64,000 nucleotides of DNA, taken from Octopus vulgaris. Taxonomy: Eukaryota. Location: assembly GCA_951406725.2 (NCBI GenBank), contig OX597816.1, positions 19,406,001 through 19,470,000 of the forward strand, given 5' to 3'. The position numbers and the translations under genes are program-made. Of the stretch, positions 41,240-55,165 are shown in pieces. The notes beneath the pieces are model-generated. The model was not told the DNA's origin. It made no database searches and saw nothing but the letters and a program-made list of their open reading frames with translations. Position 1 is the first letter of the stretch. Each line of letters begins with the position of its first letter.

Positions 41240-41575
41240 TGGAAAAACCTGCAGAGGTTTTATTCTAGCTGCTCGTCTAAAATGCCCAAGCTTATGCAGA
41301 TATGTAACACAAGGGGTTCGATTTCCTCAATTGTCTTCAAACGGGCAAAGCTTCATTTCCGAGGGCTCAGGTCGGCCGAGACGAGAATTTGTTGATTCTT
41401 TTCCTTGGCTTTTGCATTGCGCTAAAATTTCATTAACAGTAGCTAGAAGAATTTGAAGATTTTCGGCAATTTTCCGCTCGCTAAGATCAGTCTCAGATTG
41501 CCGGACAACACGACCTTTTTGAAAGCCTGACAGTTTTGCTGAAATTTTTGTGCGTCGCATGGTAACTCTTCGCAT
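41240..41575 (-). pseudogene. Tc1-like transposase N-terminal remnant
   Basis: KLSGFQKGRVV..SERKIAENLQILLATVNEIL..G....RLGRP is a paired-like HTH plus GRP motif. LHKLGHFRRAARIKPL follows. TIRs were not identified. Confidence 0.7.
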
Positions 41576-41893
41576 ATGTTTAATATAATGGCACCTGGAA
41601 TGAAAAATAATAAATACATTCTAAAGTCTACACCACTGAAATCATATTAAGAAGCTTAGATCAGAAATTTTGGAAATTTAAATGTGTCTATTTACTTCCT
41701 TGATATCTGTGTAGATGCATTCCGAAGACGCATTGCATAAATGCAGTATTCACAAACAAACACATTCTGAGATATAGAAGTTTCTTTTAGTAAATTGTGA
41801 TGTGATGTGATGCTGTATACTGAAACATGTAAAAGATGAAATAACGGAAAACCAAGCTTAAGCCCATTGTCTTTTCTCTCCTTATATACGTAT

Positions 41894-41956
<63 letters not shown>

Positions 41957-42046
41957 CTTGTATATACACACATACACATATATACACACATACACATATA
42001 TATATAGTTTTACATATGTATATATATATATATATATATAGTTTTA

Positions 42047-42147
<101 letters not shown>

Positions 42148-42184
42148 ATTTATTCTATTCCCACCAAAATTCTTTCCGATATCC

Positions 42185-42809
42185 CTAGTAGAGGACAGTA
42201 ACTAGTCTTGAAAAGCATGTCTGGGAATTGAAGGAGAATGACACCCATTCTTTCAATGTAACCTGGGAAATTCTAGAAAAAGCATCCACATACAGACATG
42301 GAGCTTATAAAAGACCTATGAAATGTAATCTTTGCCTCTCAGAAAAGTTCTTCATCCTGTTCCAGGATAAACATACATTGAACCAGAGAAACGAGCTCTT
42401 AAATTTCTGCAGGCACGCCGTGAAGTTTAAAATGTCGACCGATAAGATACCGTACGGGTAACATATTTTGACTTTCGGAAAATTTAGACTGTCGCACTTC
42501 AATTTGACTTTACACCTGATAGTTATATTATATTACAATGCTAATGTATATTTTGACTACATTTTTAAGAAAGCCTTCGGCTGTTTTACAAGTTTAAGCT
42601 TAAGCTTCACCGAAGTGTATTTTTATTGTTTACTCACGCATTTAATTATGTTATATCAAATTATTGTTCAATTTCCTTATTTTAGCATTTTAATATTTTA
42701 TACACCAGACAGTTTTTTAAAAATTGTTTTCGTATATACGTTACGATGTATAAATTTATCTTTATGTCAAGTTATATATTTATGTGTATGCATCTGTATG
42801 TATGTGCAA

Positions 42810-42857
<48 letters not shown>

Positions 42858-42907
42858 CTGTGTGTGTGTGTGCATATATGTATATATATGTGTGTGTATA
42901 TATATGC

Positions 42908-42940
<33 letters not shown>

Positions 42941-43882
42941 TATAATATATATATGTATGTACATATATATGTGTATGTATATATGTATATACATTTGTCT
43001 ATGTGGCATGTATTTGCGTACATAGTTATTGTATATTTTTTAGGCCTGTCTATATGTGCGTATATACGTATGTATGTTGTATTTATGCAGTTGTGCATAT
43101 AATTTTATGCGTACGTTTTTTACGTGTGTTCGTTTCGCAGGCTAAGCGAAGTATCTAACCTTCTTGATACTTTTTTAACGCCATCATTTCATTCCTTCAA
43201 CCTCTATCTATTTTCCTCTTTCTCTCTATAATTCTCTATTTCTCTTTCTTTTATTTCTGTTTCGTCTTCCCTGTTTTCTTTCTCAACTCCCACTTAATAT
43301 TCTCTGATTTCTTTTTCTGTCGTTCATTTAAGCGTACACCAGATTTTGTAGGGGTGCTTGTGTGGGCGTACATACATATATATGCATTTGTATATATTTT
43401 TGTCGTGCCTATATATGTCTGTATATGTATATAACCATGTACCTGCATATGTGTGTTTAGTGTATATACGTATATTTTAGATTATTTGGCATGTGTATAT
43501 ATTGCTAAGTGTGTATATAATCTGTCGTGAAAAATTTTAAATGCATATATCTTTTAATTTATTAATATTTTACAGTTAATTATTTACCCTGGGTACTCAG
43601 GCCTGTTCCGTCTTTATAAGCTATTCTTGGTTTAAGGTTTTCTTCGATTTTTATGGTATGATTTTAAACGGCCATTCGTTAATTCATGCAGCCGGTTATT
43701 GGAAATACTCTTTATTGAAAGGATCAATTGAAATTAAAACATTTTTAAATGTGTATCTATCAAAGCAATTGTATTTCTGCATATAACTTTATCATGCTCC
43801 ATTCTAAGAACTGTCCGACGAACGGGGACGTGAAGCCCTGAGTAAAGTTGTTGCGATATTTTTGTTGCTTTTTAATAAAGAG
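42185..43882 (+). mobile_element. 3' part of a PLE (endonuclease C-terminus, long microsatellite-laden 3' region, terminal hammerhead)
   Basis: SLEKHVWELKEND..FNVTWEILEKASTY..KCNLCLSEKFFIL..LNQRNELLNFCRHAVKFKM is a typical PLE C-terminus (42205-42461). Linking it to the hammerhead at 43809-43850 is inference. Confidence 0.65.
43809..43850 (+). ncRNA. Decayed copy of the CCGACGA-core hammerhead
   Basis: aactgt-CCGACGA-acg-ggga-cgt-GAAG-ccctgag-TA-aagtt, homologous to 30961-31003. Confidence 0.55.
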
Positions 43883-43971
43883 TATATATATATATATACA
43901 TATATATGAATGCCTATACATATATATACATTTATTTGTACATATATACAGACAAATACATATACATATTG

Positions 43972-44043
<72 letters not shown>

Positions 44044-44983
44044 GTGTGTCTGTATGTGCATGTATATATGGATATGAGTGTCTGTGTAAGAATGTGGATG
44101 TGTGGATATATAAACATGTAGGCATCTATATATGCGTGTGTGTGTATGTGTGTATGTTATATAGTATACGTGCATGAATATCTGTATGAATGAGCTCTCT
44201 CTCTCTCTCTCTCTTGCACACATACACTTACACACACACATACATATCTGCATATATATATTCGCATGCATAAAACACTGTGGGAGTGTATGTGCACGTG
44301 CGTATGTGTAAATGTATTTATGTTTGTGCAAAGACATATATACATATTCGCATGTATTCACATACTACGTTATCTTTTCTTTGATCAGATATAATTTGTA
44401 TACAATTTAATTCATATTTATAGCAATATATATATATACGTGAACATATGTAATCATATTATTGCCGCATGAAGATGTCAGTATATGATGTGATATGCTT
44501 GTGTGCCAATGTGTAAATTCCGTGCCAACATTTATATCTATAAATACTGACAACCAATAAGAATTCAGACATTTCTACGTAAATATAGAAATATGTATAT
44601 ACAGAGAACTATACATATATACATACATATACTTAAGCATACTTTCACGCACCCACAAACACACACATATAAGCACAAATACACACACACATATTCACAC
44701 AGACTCACATATATGGAATGAATGTAGACGTCAGTTAATTTCTGCGGCTTTAGATATTTGTGTTCAGAGGCCAAAAATTGACGATTAATTTAACGAATCA
44801 AAGAAATGTCTGTTGCCTCAATGATCATTTGACATACAAACCAAAGTCAGCATTTAGATTTTTCTAAGTCGGAGACACTTAATTGAACTCGACTACATAG
44901 ATATTATTTGTAAATTATTGTCTGGTGAGAGTGCTGAAGGTGTTTGCGTTGGAGTTAGATTCAAGCTATGCTGTAGGTTTGTG

Positions 44984-45240
44984 AGGGCGAATGGTTTAGT
45001 GTTTAGGTTATATAAATCACGTTTGTGAGATCGTTTTTAAATTATGAACCATATGGTGTTTTGTTGTCTTGAGCAAAGTACTTCATCTCATATTGCATTA
45101 CGATCGTTTCGACACCAGCACATGTTATGTTCGGGCAACGGCGATCTGAAGGAGGGAGTGAGCTGTTGTATATCATAAACATTTGATCACTACAAATAAA
45201 TTATTCCTGCACCTTGATCAGCAAAAGGTTTCAGAACGTG
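44984..45240 (+). mobile_element. Old tRNA-derived SINE remnant
   Basis: A-box-like atggtttagtgtttagg and tgtcttgagcaaagtactt. Confidence 0.45.
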
Positions 45241-45769
45241 TTCCTCGGACTGCAAGAAACTAACATCATTACCGTGTTGCTGGTTTATAATATCTTATTG
45301 TTGCGTTTATTGTTTTGTTGCAAACTGTTTTAGCTGAAAGCGAAATATACGATATAGTGTGGAGATGGTCCTTTGGGTAAGCAGATGTAATATTTTCAGG
45401 GTTCACTTTCAGTATAAGAGAATACAGGAATGTAATGTAGAAGTGTAACGTTTCTTGTTATATATGTTCTCAATAGTTAAATTTCAGCATAGGCAGAGCT
45501 GTTTGTGATGTGTAATAGCATACTGTACAGTATGTCATTTTACATAGCCAAATATTCATTTTTCATATATTTTAAGTTTGACTCTATAAATACAGGAAGG
45601 TATCCCTGATATCGGTGAAGGTTCCCAGATTTAAACACGATTTCTTTCATCTCATATTTATAATTGTTCCAGTGAGTAGCGTCGGATGTTGCGTGGTCAT
45701 CTTCCATGAAGAGGTTTTCTTCGACCAAAAAATATAAACTATTGTATTCTGAAGTATTCGTTTCGTCTT

Positions 45770-45898
45770 TTAACTGAACCGCTAAGTTGCGGGAACGTAA
45801 AAAAAGAACAATAGTTCTCGACTGGTGTGAAGCTAAAGATATGCACGCCTACATGCATACATACACACACACGCACACTTAAACACACGCTCACACAC

Positions 45899-45933
<35 letters not shown>

Positions 45934-46371
45934 ATGAGAGCAAGAGATGGCAGTCTTCTGAATATAGGTGCAGGAGTGACTGAGTAGTAAATAATTTGCT
46001 TACCAACCACATGGTTCCAGGTTCTGCGTGGCATCTTGGGCAAGTGTCTACTGATATAGCCTCGGGCTGACCAAAGCCTTGTGAGTGGATTTGGTAGACG
46101 AAAACTGAAAGAAGCCCGTCGTGTGTATATACACATGAGTGAGTGTGTGCGTATATGTATATGTGTACATGTTTGTGCGTCTGTGTCTGTCCCTCGCTAT
46201 ATCATATGAAGACCGATGCTGCTGTGTTTACGTCCCCATAACTTAATCGACCCCGAAAGGATGAAACGCAAAGTCAACCTCGGCGGAATTTGAACTCAGA
46301 ACGTAGCGGCATACGAAATACCGCTACGCATTTCGCCCGGTGTGCTATCGTTGCTGCCAGCTCGCGGCCTT
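45770..46371. mobile_element. SINE cluster: family B fragment (-, about 45770-45900), family B (+, 45967-46245) fused tail-to-tail with the 5' half of family A (-, 46246-46371)
   Basis: Direct similarity to other copies in this window. Confidence 0.85.
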
Positions 46372-47046
46372 ATGATGGAGGTTATATTATACAGTTGTAC
46401 ACGTGACCGCATAGCTGCAGTATTGCACTTGAAATGTAGTACTATTGTTGTAATAGGAGCTGAAACGATGCAATGAAAACTTCTGCGTCTTTTCGACTTG
46501 TACGGTTCTTCTGAGGGTACTTTTTGCTGAAGTTTCAGTGGGAGTGGGGATAAAAGATTACCCAGTTCGCGTCACATCACCTCGTATACTAAATATCATG
46601 CAATGATTTATATGTTGTATTTGAAATTTATAATCACAAATAATATGAAGGAACAAAATCATTACGTTTTTTGCGTGATTAGTTTTCTCTAGGAGCTTAT
46701 TATAATCTCCGTCCTATTTGCCCATATTAGGGGCAAGAAATAATATTGAAATTGACCTTGAGTACATAACTCGCCCGCCAAAACGTTAAGCTAAATCTAA
46801 CGAATTATTCCAATATACAATGAAATGGATTATGTGTTTCATAATCAATACAGGGATTTATGGTTCGGTAGAATTCGTTCGATGTTGTCAATTCGACGTT
46901 GTCAATTCGATCAACTCCAGAACTCGTTAAAACATTTGGCCTCAAGTCTTCTTGAGAAAAAAATAAATTAGAGAGTCTGACACGACGTGAACATTTTCTA
47001 TTTTTATATGATAAATACACACACGAACACCCACACACACACTTGG

Positions 47047-47099
<53 letters not shown>

Positions 47100-47266
47100 T
47101 GTGTGTGTATGTGAATGTGTATACACACACACATATATATGCATATCTACACACACATACATATGTAGATATAGAAATAAAGTACGTGCTTATGTCTGTG
47201 TGTATGTGAGTGTACATAACTACATAAGCACGCATGAATATAATATATACATATATATATACATTC

Positions 47267-47327
<61 letters not shown>

Positions 47328-47345
47328 TGTATATATGTATGTATG

Positions 47346-47453
<108 letters not shown>

Positions 47454-48103
47454 TCTATTTTTGTAGCAGTAAATTTCTTCCAGCTTAAGGTCTGCCCTTG
47501 TCATCTCAAAGACGTTCAAAATTTGTTTACCAAAGAAAGGAGTAATGTTATTCAACCGTGCTCAATGAACCAGAATTAGAAGCATCAGTTTGGTGTTATA
47601 ATTCTGCGACAGATTTAATTCTTCGATTCAACTTCTGACCAAACATTCTGCATCAATATCGGGTCCAAACAGAATCTTATTGATTTTCTATTTTATTTTT
47701 ACTTTTATATTTCTTTTTTTTTAAACTAATCTCTATCAGTTTGGTTGCAGTGTTAGTCTCCTTCTTTATTCATTCCTTTGTTGTTTTTGCTGGAAGTGTT
47801 GTGCATGTTGTTTTTGTTGTTGCTGTTGTTGTTGTTACAGACATTATGAATATTAATGCTACGTATAAATAAGCGATTAAAACATTGCAGTCTCCCAAAA
47901 TAACTGATGGTTTTGGAGCCCCAATAGTTTCCAGTCTTAATATTATTATTATTATTATTATTGTTCCTACTCTTTCAGTAGCTTATACGCATTGCGTTCT
48001 TATCCTGTGCTTAGGTATTTTTGTAGTTGTTGCAATGTGATAATCATCAATGTTTTCGTTACTTAAAATATAATAATAATAATAATAATAATAATAGTAA
48101 TAC

Positions 48104-48193
<90 letters not shown>

Positions 48194-48299
48194 TGATGAT
48201 GATGATAATAATAATAATAATAATAACAATATTAATAATAATAATAATCTTAATAATAATAATAATAATTATAATTATAATTATTATTATTATTATCAT

Positions 48300-48703
48300 T
48301 TACTTTTAATCAGCATGTTTGATGCAATCACTTGCCGGGCACACCCACGCCCTAGGGCAAGTGAAGGTTAAGAGTTGTTGAAATATAGCTGAAAGCTTGG
48401 GGAGGGGAAGTAGAGAAATATCTCCATGTAATACAACACAAACATTTACATTGATAAGGTTTTTCTAAGGATGTGGGCAGTACTTGTTAGCACAATCTTT
48501 TGGATTTCCTTGAGACATGGTTCTCCAGGGATATTGTCTAGGTGTTTCTGACAACCCTTTTTTATCATACCTAGGGCACCTACAATAACAGGAACAGTTT
48601 TTGTTTTAAGATTCCACATCTTTTGTATTTCGATTTCCAGGCCATTATATTTACTAAGTTTGTCAAATTCCTTTACAGATATATTTTTATCTGTGGGGAC
48701 GCT
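48300..48703 (-). mobile_element. R4/Dong-like 3' fragment (array unit 1)
   Basis: SVPTDKNISVKEFDKLSKYNGLEIEIQKMWNLKTKTVPVIVGALGMIKKG..QKIVLTSTAHILRKTLSM* (stop at 48446-48448). TAA tracts on both sides. Confidence 0.9.
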
Positions 48704-48724
48704 TATTATTATTATTATTATTAA

Positions 48725-48770
<46 letters not shown>

Positions 48771-48784
48771 TATTATTATTTTTA

Positions 48785-50186
48785 TAGCGTGCTTTCACTT
48801 CACTACCGAGCGCAGCTCTGTGTGCCTTGGGTATGTGCTGTGATTTGTTGTGATGCTCTGATGGTTATTGTATGGAAAGTGTTCTACGTAGGATGTGTGC
48901 AGTGCCTAGTAGTGCAATTTTCTGTATGTTATATGTGTTTGTAAGTCCTGGTGTTTTTGTTATGTATTTGTCTGAATATTTTTTTATCATGCCTAATGCA
49001 CCTACTATGATAGGAATTGTTTCTGTTTTCAGGTTCCACATTCTAGTTATCTCTATTTCCAGGTCTTTGTATTTTGAGAGTTTCTCCATTTCTTTTAGAG
49101 ACACGTTGTCATCTGCCGGTATTGATACATCAATTAGAAAGCATTTTTTTCTTCATGATCTCTGACAACTATATCTGGTCTGTTGGCCTTAAATTTCTCT
49201 ATCTGTGTGTATCGGCATATCCCAGAGTATGGTTGCTTTCTCGTTTTCTGTGACCTTTTCTGGTGTGTGCCTATACCATCTTTTTTCTGTTGTTATTCCA
49301 TAATGTTGGCATAGCTTCCAATGTATGTAGGTTCCAACTCTGTCATGTCTGTGAATATATTCCTTCTTAGCCAGGACTGGGCAGCTAGAGATAATATGAT
49401 TTATTGTTTCTTGTCCATCTCCACATATTCTGCAGTTACTTTTAATATTTCTTTTCATTACATGTTTTTAGTAATTTCTGGTGGGGAGGCTTTGGTCTTT
49501 TGCTGCAATTAAAAATCCCTCTGTTTCTGCTTTGAGTCCTGAGCTTCTCAACCATTGCTGGGATTTTTCTTTGTCTATTTCTTTTGCGTTTAGTTTAGTG
49601 CAGTATTTACCATGAAGGGGCTTTTCTTGCCATCGTTTTATCATGGCTCGTTGCTGTTCTATTTTTAGTTTGGATTTCATTTGTTTTATAGCTTTTGTTG
49701 TTTCTCCATCTTCTTCTTCTTCTTCATGTTTATTAGGTAGTATGATTTCTTGTTTGTATTTGTCAGCTTCCTTAAATACTGAGAACAGATTTTTGTTTTG
49801 CTCGTGTTTTGCCGCTATCTGGATCAGTTTTCCTTCCTTCTGAAGTAGATATTTTTGCAGTCCTATGGTGGTTATTTTATAGTAGTTTTCCAGCTGTATA
49901 AGGCCTCTACCACCTTCTATACGTTGTATATATAGTCTTTCTATGTCAGATTTTGGGTGATGCATCCTAGATCTTGTCAGTATTTTTCTTGTTTTCCTAT
50001 CTATTTTGGTCAGTTCATTTCGTGTCCAGTTAAGGATATTGTAGCTGTAACTTATAACTGGGACAGCTAAAGTGTTGATACCTATTATCTTGTTTTTAGC
50101 ATTGAGCTCTGTGTTTAGTATTGAGCTAACTCGTCTTTAATATTCTTTTTTTATTTTCTCTTTCATTTGTGTGTGTTGTGTCTTAT
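48785..50186 (-). mobile_element. R4/Dong-like 5'-truncated copy with RT thumb, CCHC knuckle and RLE (array unit 2)
   Basis: HHPKSDIERLY..EGGRGL; LKAETEGFLIAAKDQ; CRICGDGQETINHIISSC..RHD; NRPDIVVRD..LIDVSIP..EKLSKYKDL. In-frame stops at about 49468 and 49189. Confidence 0.95.
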
Positions 50187-50220
50187 ATTATTATTATTAT
50201 TATTTTTATTATTATTATTA

Positions 50221-50255
<35 letters not shown>

Positions 50256-50271
50256 TCTATTATTATTATTA

Positions 50272-50803
50272 TTGAGTGAGAGAGTAGTGCATCCGATCAA
50301 AGTGAGTTGGGGTAAAATTTGCGAAACCTATTATACCCATGATAACTACACGTCTGATAAAGGTACGCCAGGAACATGCCTCACAACAATATTGCGCGAC
50401 CTGGTCATCTCATATAAAGAGAAGCACTGCATGACCTTGCACGTGGGGCCCAGCTGGAATTGGCTGAAGGTCGAATATCCTATCCCGCTCAAAAGGTCCC
50501 TGACTAAGGGTTGTTTAAGGATGATGAACGAAATACCTCTTTCCAAACGTGAATTACCAAAATCCCTATCAACAAACGGCTTTGATATTTCCCCACTACC
50601 TCTGCTCGTGATCAGAGATGTACATAACGTGGGCTAGTAAGAGACATGCTCAACTTGATAAGGTCATGCAACTGACAAGCAAATTTTTGCTACTGAGCAG
50701 AATATTTGCTGTAGCCCATCAATAATACCAAGACAAAACAATATACATGATAACATTTACAATCATTTAAGAAGCCACAGCTTGGTACTGCATCAATGCA
50801 TTT
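50272..50803. mobile_element. About 530-bp non-coding TAA-embedded interspersed repeat (array unit 3); a shorter relative lies at 54016-54165
   Basis: Bounded by TAA tracts. Its left 150 bp aligns with 54016-54165 (atcaaagtga..ggggta..gtctgataa..gcgcgac). No ORF homology is evident. Confidence 0.65.
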
Positions 50804-50815
50804 ATCATCATCATT

Positions 50816-50842
<27 letters not shown>

Positions 50843-50846
<4 letters not shown>

Positions 50847-51692
50847 GTTTGACTTTTGCTTTTTATTTGTACAAGTTGGCTCCAAGTCTCACCCGGAGAC
50901 CTCAAGAGACAACAGGTTGGTAGTTCACGTTGTTGTTATGCCTAGTGTGCCATATATTTGGTTGTTTTTTGTGTTGTACTAGTGGATGTCTGAAAAAAAA
51001 TAATAAAAAAACTTTGTTTTAAACCTTGACATTACATAGAAAGTATTTTGCGTAGGATATGAGCAGTTCCCATGAGCACTATCTTTTGAATTTCTGCCAT
51101 TTTGGGGTTTCCTGGTATCTGAGTTAGGTAGCGATCGGCCCCTTTGCTATCATTCCCAGGGCACCTATGACAACAGGTATTGTTTTAGTCTTCAGCTTCC
51201 ACATTTTGCTGATTTCTATTTCAAGATCTTTATACCTGCTCAGTTTTTGTTAAGTCTTGACAGATACGTTTGTATCGATTGGGACAGTGATATCAAAGAG
51301 GTGGCATGATGTCGAACCTATTTGCATCTATCTTTCTGTCAGTTTGAATGGTGAAGTTCCAGAGGAGTGAGATGGGGTTATTTTCAAGCACTGGGGGTGG
51401 TTTGTGTTCCCATCAGTTTTTTTCATGGGGCAAATCCAGGTTTTTGCATATTACCCAGTGAATATATTGTGCAGCTCTATCATGCCTGTTGAGATACTCT
51501 GTAGGCGCTAGAAGACTGCACTTGGAGACCACATGATCAAGGGTTTCATTTAGTTGCTGGCATACACGACACGTTGTGCTACTGCCGATCTTTAATATGT
51601 TGGCCTGGTAGTTTCTTGTTGGTAGGCATTGATCTTGAGCTGCTATGATAAACCCCTCTGTTTCAGATTTTAAGCCAGAGGCCATTAGCCAT
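50843..51692 (-). mobile_element. R4/Dong-like 3' fragment (array unit 4)
   Basis: SGLKSETEGFIIAAQDQCLPTRNY..CRVC..HVVSKC..RHD..YIHW, then the RLE C-terminus and 3' UTR. Confidence 0.92.
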
Positions 51693-51693
51693 T

Positions 51694-51750
<57 letters not shown>

Positions 51751-51777
51751 GTTGTTGTTGTTGTTGTTGTCGTTGTT

Positions 51778-53480
51778 TTATGTTTGACTTTTGCTTTACA
51801 TTTGTACAAGCTGGCACCAAGTCTCAACCAGACACCTCAAGAGACAACAAGTTGGAAGTTCGCGTTGGTGTTACGCCTAGGGTGCCATATGTTTGGTTTT
51901 GTACATAATGTTGTTCTAGAGAATGTTTAAGAAACCATAGGAAAATTATGTTTGTTTTAAAACTCGAGATTACGTAGAAATTATTTTGCGTAGGATATGA
52001 GCAGTTCCCATGAGCACTATCTTTTGAATTTCCGCCTTTTTGGTGTTTCCTGGTATCTGAGCTAGGTAGCAATCAGCCCATTTTACTATCATTCCCAGGG
52101 CACCTATGACAACAGGTATTGTTTTAGTCTTCAGGTTCGCCATTCTACTAATTTATATCTCAAGATCTTTATACCTGCTCAGTTTTTGTTAAGTCTTGAC
52201 AGATACGTTTGTATCGATTGGGACAGTGATATCAAAGAGGTGGCATGATGTCGAACCTATTTGCATCTATCTTTCTGTCAGTTTGAATGGTGAAGTTCCA
52301 GAGGAGTCATATATGACCATTTTCAAGCACTGGAGGTGGTTTGTGTTCCCACCACATTTTTTCATGAGGCAAGTCCAGGCTTCTGCAAATTACCCAGTGA
52401 ATATTTTGTGCAGGTCTATCATGCCTGTTGAGATACTCTGTGGGCGCAAGAAAACTGCACATGGAGACAACATGATCAATGGTTTCATTTTGTTGTTGAC
52501 ATTCATGACATGAAGGGAAGCTACCGTTTTTTAATGTTGGCCTGGTAGTTCCTTGTAGGGAGGCATTGATCTTGGGCTGCTATAATTTTCCATTCTGCTT
52601 CAGATTTTAAGCCAGAAGCCATTAACCATTGATGGGTCAGGGCTTTGCCAACATCGGCATTATTCGCTCTCTTTGGGTATTTGCCATTGAGAGGTTTTTC
52701 TTGCCATTTATCATTCCGAATATCTAAGGCAGCAGTTTTTGCACGGGTTTTCATGCGCTTAACTGTTTCTGCGCTTGTTTTTCGTATGTCTAATTCCGGA
52801 ATTTGTTGTATTTGGAATTCACTTAGATAGCCCTTTGCCCTTTGCCTGTTTTGTTACTGAGTTACTTGTTTTCATGTTTTGAAACAAGTTTTAACATTTA
52901 GTACTCAGAGTTTTCAGGTTAGTGTCTAGGCTAATTGAGGCAGTCTTCATTTTTAATGCTAGTTGTAAAAGTCTGCGGCCTCCCTCTTTTCTTGACAGAT
53001 AAAGTCGTCCTATATATGCATTAGGGTGGCGCATTCTATGCATTGTCAACAGTTTTCATATTTTTCTGTCGAGATTACATATTTCAGTAATTGACTAGTT
53101 AATGATATTGAAACTAAGTCACGACTGGTAAGGCTAAAGCATTGATCGCTTCGATCCTGTTTCTCGCATTCAGCTCTGTCTTAAATATTGCTCTTATCCT
53201 GCGTTACCATTCTCTCCTGATCCTTAACCTCATCAATGAATGCCTGTTTCCGTCCCACTCAAGTACCCCTAGATATTTGCAGTTCTCCGCTGCTTCTAAC
53301 TCTTTTATGGCATTCTGCTGGGCAAGGTTAACGTTAGATGTTTCTCTCAATTTTCCTTTGATAAAGGTAGCTTTTGCACATTTATCGAGGCCAAATTGCA
53401 TTTTGATGTCATCACCAAATTGTTTAACAATCGCTATTAAGCCCTTGAGTTGTTGGTCATTTTTTGCAAAGAGCTTTAAA
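51778..53480 (-). mobile_element. R4/Dong-like 5'-truncated copy including RT C-terminal motifs (array unit 5, same family as unit 4)
   Basis: LKLFAKNDQQLKGLIAIVKQFGDDIKMQFGLDKCAK..KYLG; WQEKPLNGKY..SGLKSE..IAAQDQ. Multiple frameshifts. Confidence 0.92.
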
Positions 53481-53829
53481 TTTACAGGACACACATTCAC
53501 GCACATGAAATCACGCGTCACAAACGAAGCAAACACAAAAACAAAACTTTAAAAAATATTTTTTATTGTCATTTTTCGAACTAACACAGAGTGAACCACA
53601 AAATTAACTCCGGGGATGAATCTATCAACAAAACAAAATTCCAGACTAATACAGATCTGCTAGCCTTAAGAAGCTACGTTACGGGCAATTTTTACATTCA
53701 GAGAACTCGGTGACGATGTTATCTCAAAAAATTGACCCTAAACAGACAAATCTTCCCCCTAAAGTCAGCGTCGAAGCTCATCATGCCACACTGATAACAA
53801 AGAAAAATATTTGATGTTAGAATATGTTA

Positions 53830-53945
53830 ACAATGCGTTTCATCCTTTCAGGGTCAATAAAATAAGTACCAGTTCAACACTGGGATCGATATGATCGACT
53901 TAGCCCCTTTCCATAAATTGCTGGTCTTGTGCGAAAACTTGAAAT
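53830..53945 (+). mobile_element. Family A SINE fragment
   Basis: tttcatcctttcagggtcaataaaataagtaccagtt..ctgggatcgat..tcgactt. Confidence 0.75.
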
Positions 53946-53972
53946 CATCATCATCATCATCATCAATAATAT

Positions 53973-54017
<45 letters not shown>

Positions 54018-54267
54018 AGAGCAGCAATCAAAGTGACACTGGGGTACAAATATACAATGCCCAATATCACCATCATGAGTAACTGTCTGATAAGGTTACG
54101 CAGGCAGATGTATCCCAGCCATATGTGTGCGACATGATGAGCTCACGTCAAACTAATCAAAGTATCTTCTTCTTCTTCTTCTTCTTCTTCTTCTTCTTCT
54201 TCATCATCATCATCATCATCATCATCTCTTCCTCTTCTTCGTCTTCTTCTTTTTCTTCATCATCATC

Positions 54268-54391
<124 letters not shown>

Positions 54392-55165
54392 TGTACGGCT
54401 TCTAACGCTATACTACGGTGTCGGCTGTTCTCTACCAGTGAACAAAGGTAACACCTCTTAGTTTTAGAGCACCTTCCGGAGTATTCGAACGGATCCAAGC
54501 AGTGCTATTTTCTGCGAGTGCTCTACCCTTATTGCAGCCCCTATTTGTTCCATGTATTTCTCGAGATTTTACCGACTTTTTTCAGGCATCCGACAATTAT
54601 TGTTACCACTACCACCCCAACTGCTTTATCTCACAAGCTAACCTGTTATGTCTATCAACTTTTCTTTCTTCCTTATCGTATACCTTGTTGTCATCTGGGC
54701 ATGCTATATCTATGGTCCAGTATAGTTTACTTTCTTGTGGTTTTGTCGGAACTCCTGGTTTTCTTGCAAGAGTAGGGGGCTTGCTATCAGCCAGCCTACA
54801 GTCCCATTCTATGTTCCTATGAACTAATACTTTCCAGATTATTCTGGCCGTGCGAAGGAGGCCAAGTTGTTGCAACAGTTCTGCTGGGCACTCTATTCCC
54901 ATTCTCTTTATATTCCTCCTGATGCCTTCTGATACTTTCCCCAAGGACCGAACACTGATTGGCACTATCTTCTTCGTTTACCATAGCCGGGCAATTTCAC
55001 AATTGATAGAATTGTGCACGTCTAATTTCTGCCTAACTTCTTGATTCTTCTTGGGTCTTATGGGCACGCAACAACAATTATATAGCACATGTGGTTCACT
55101 TTGTCAACTATCAATAGGTCCGGTTTGTTATGCTCTAGCACCTGATCTGTTTGCATTAGGAAATT
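54392..55165 (-). mobile_element. Two abutting R4/Dong-like 3' fragments (54392-about 54735, same family as 4683-5016; about 54735-55165, another family)
   Basis: WTIDIACPDDNKVYDKEERKVDR..ILRKVL with a 3' UTR matching 4695-4745. Upstream: QTDQVLEHNKPDLLIVDK..IARLW..VPISVRSLG..LLRTARIIWKVL. Confidence 0.85.
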
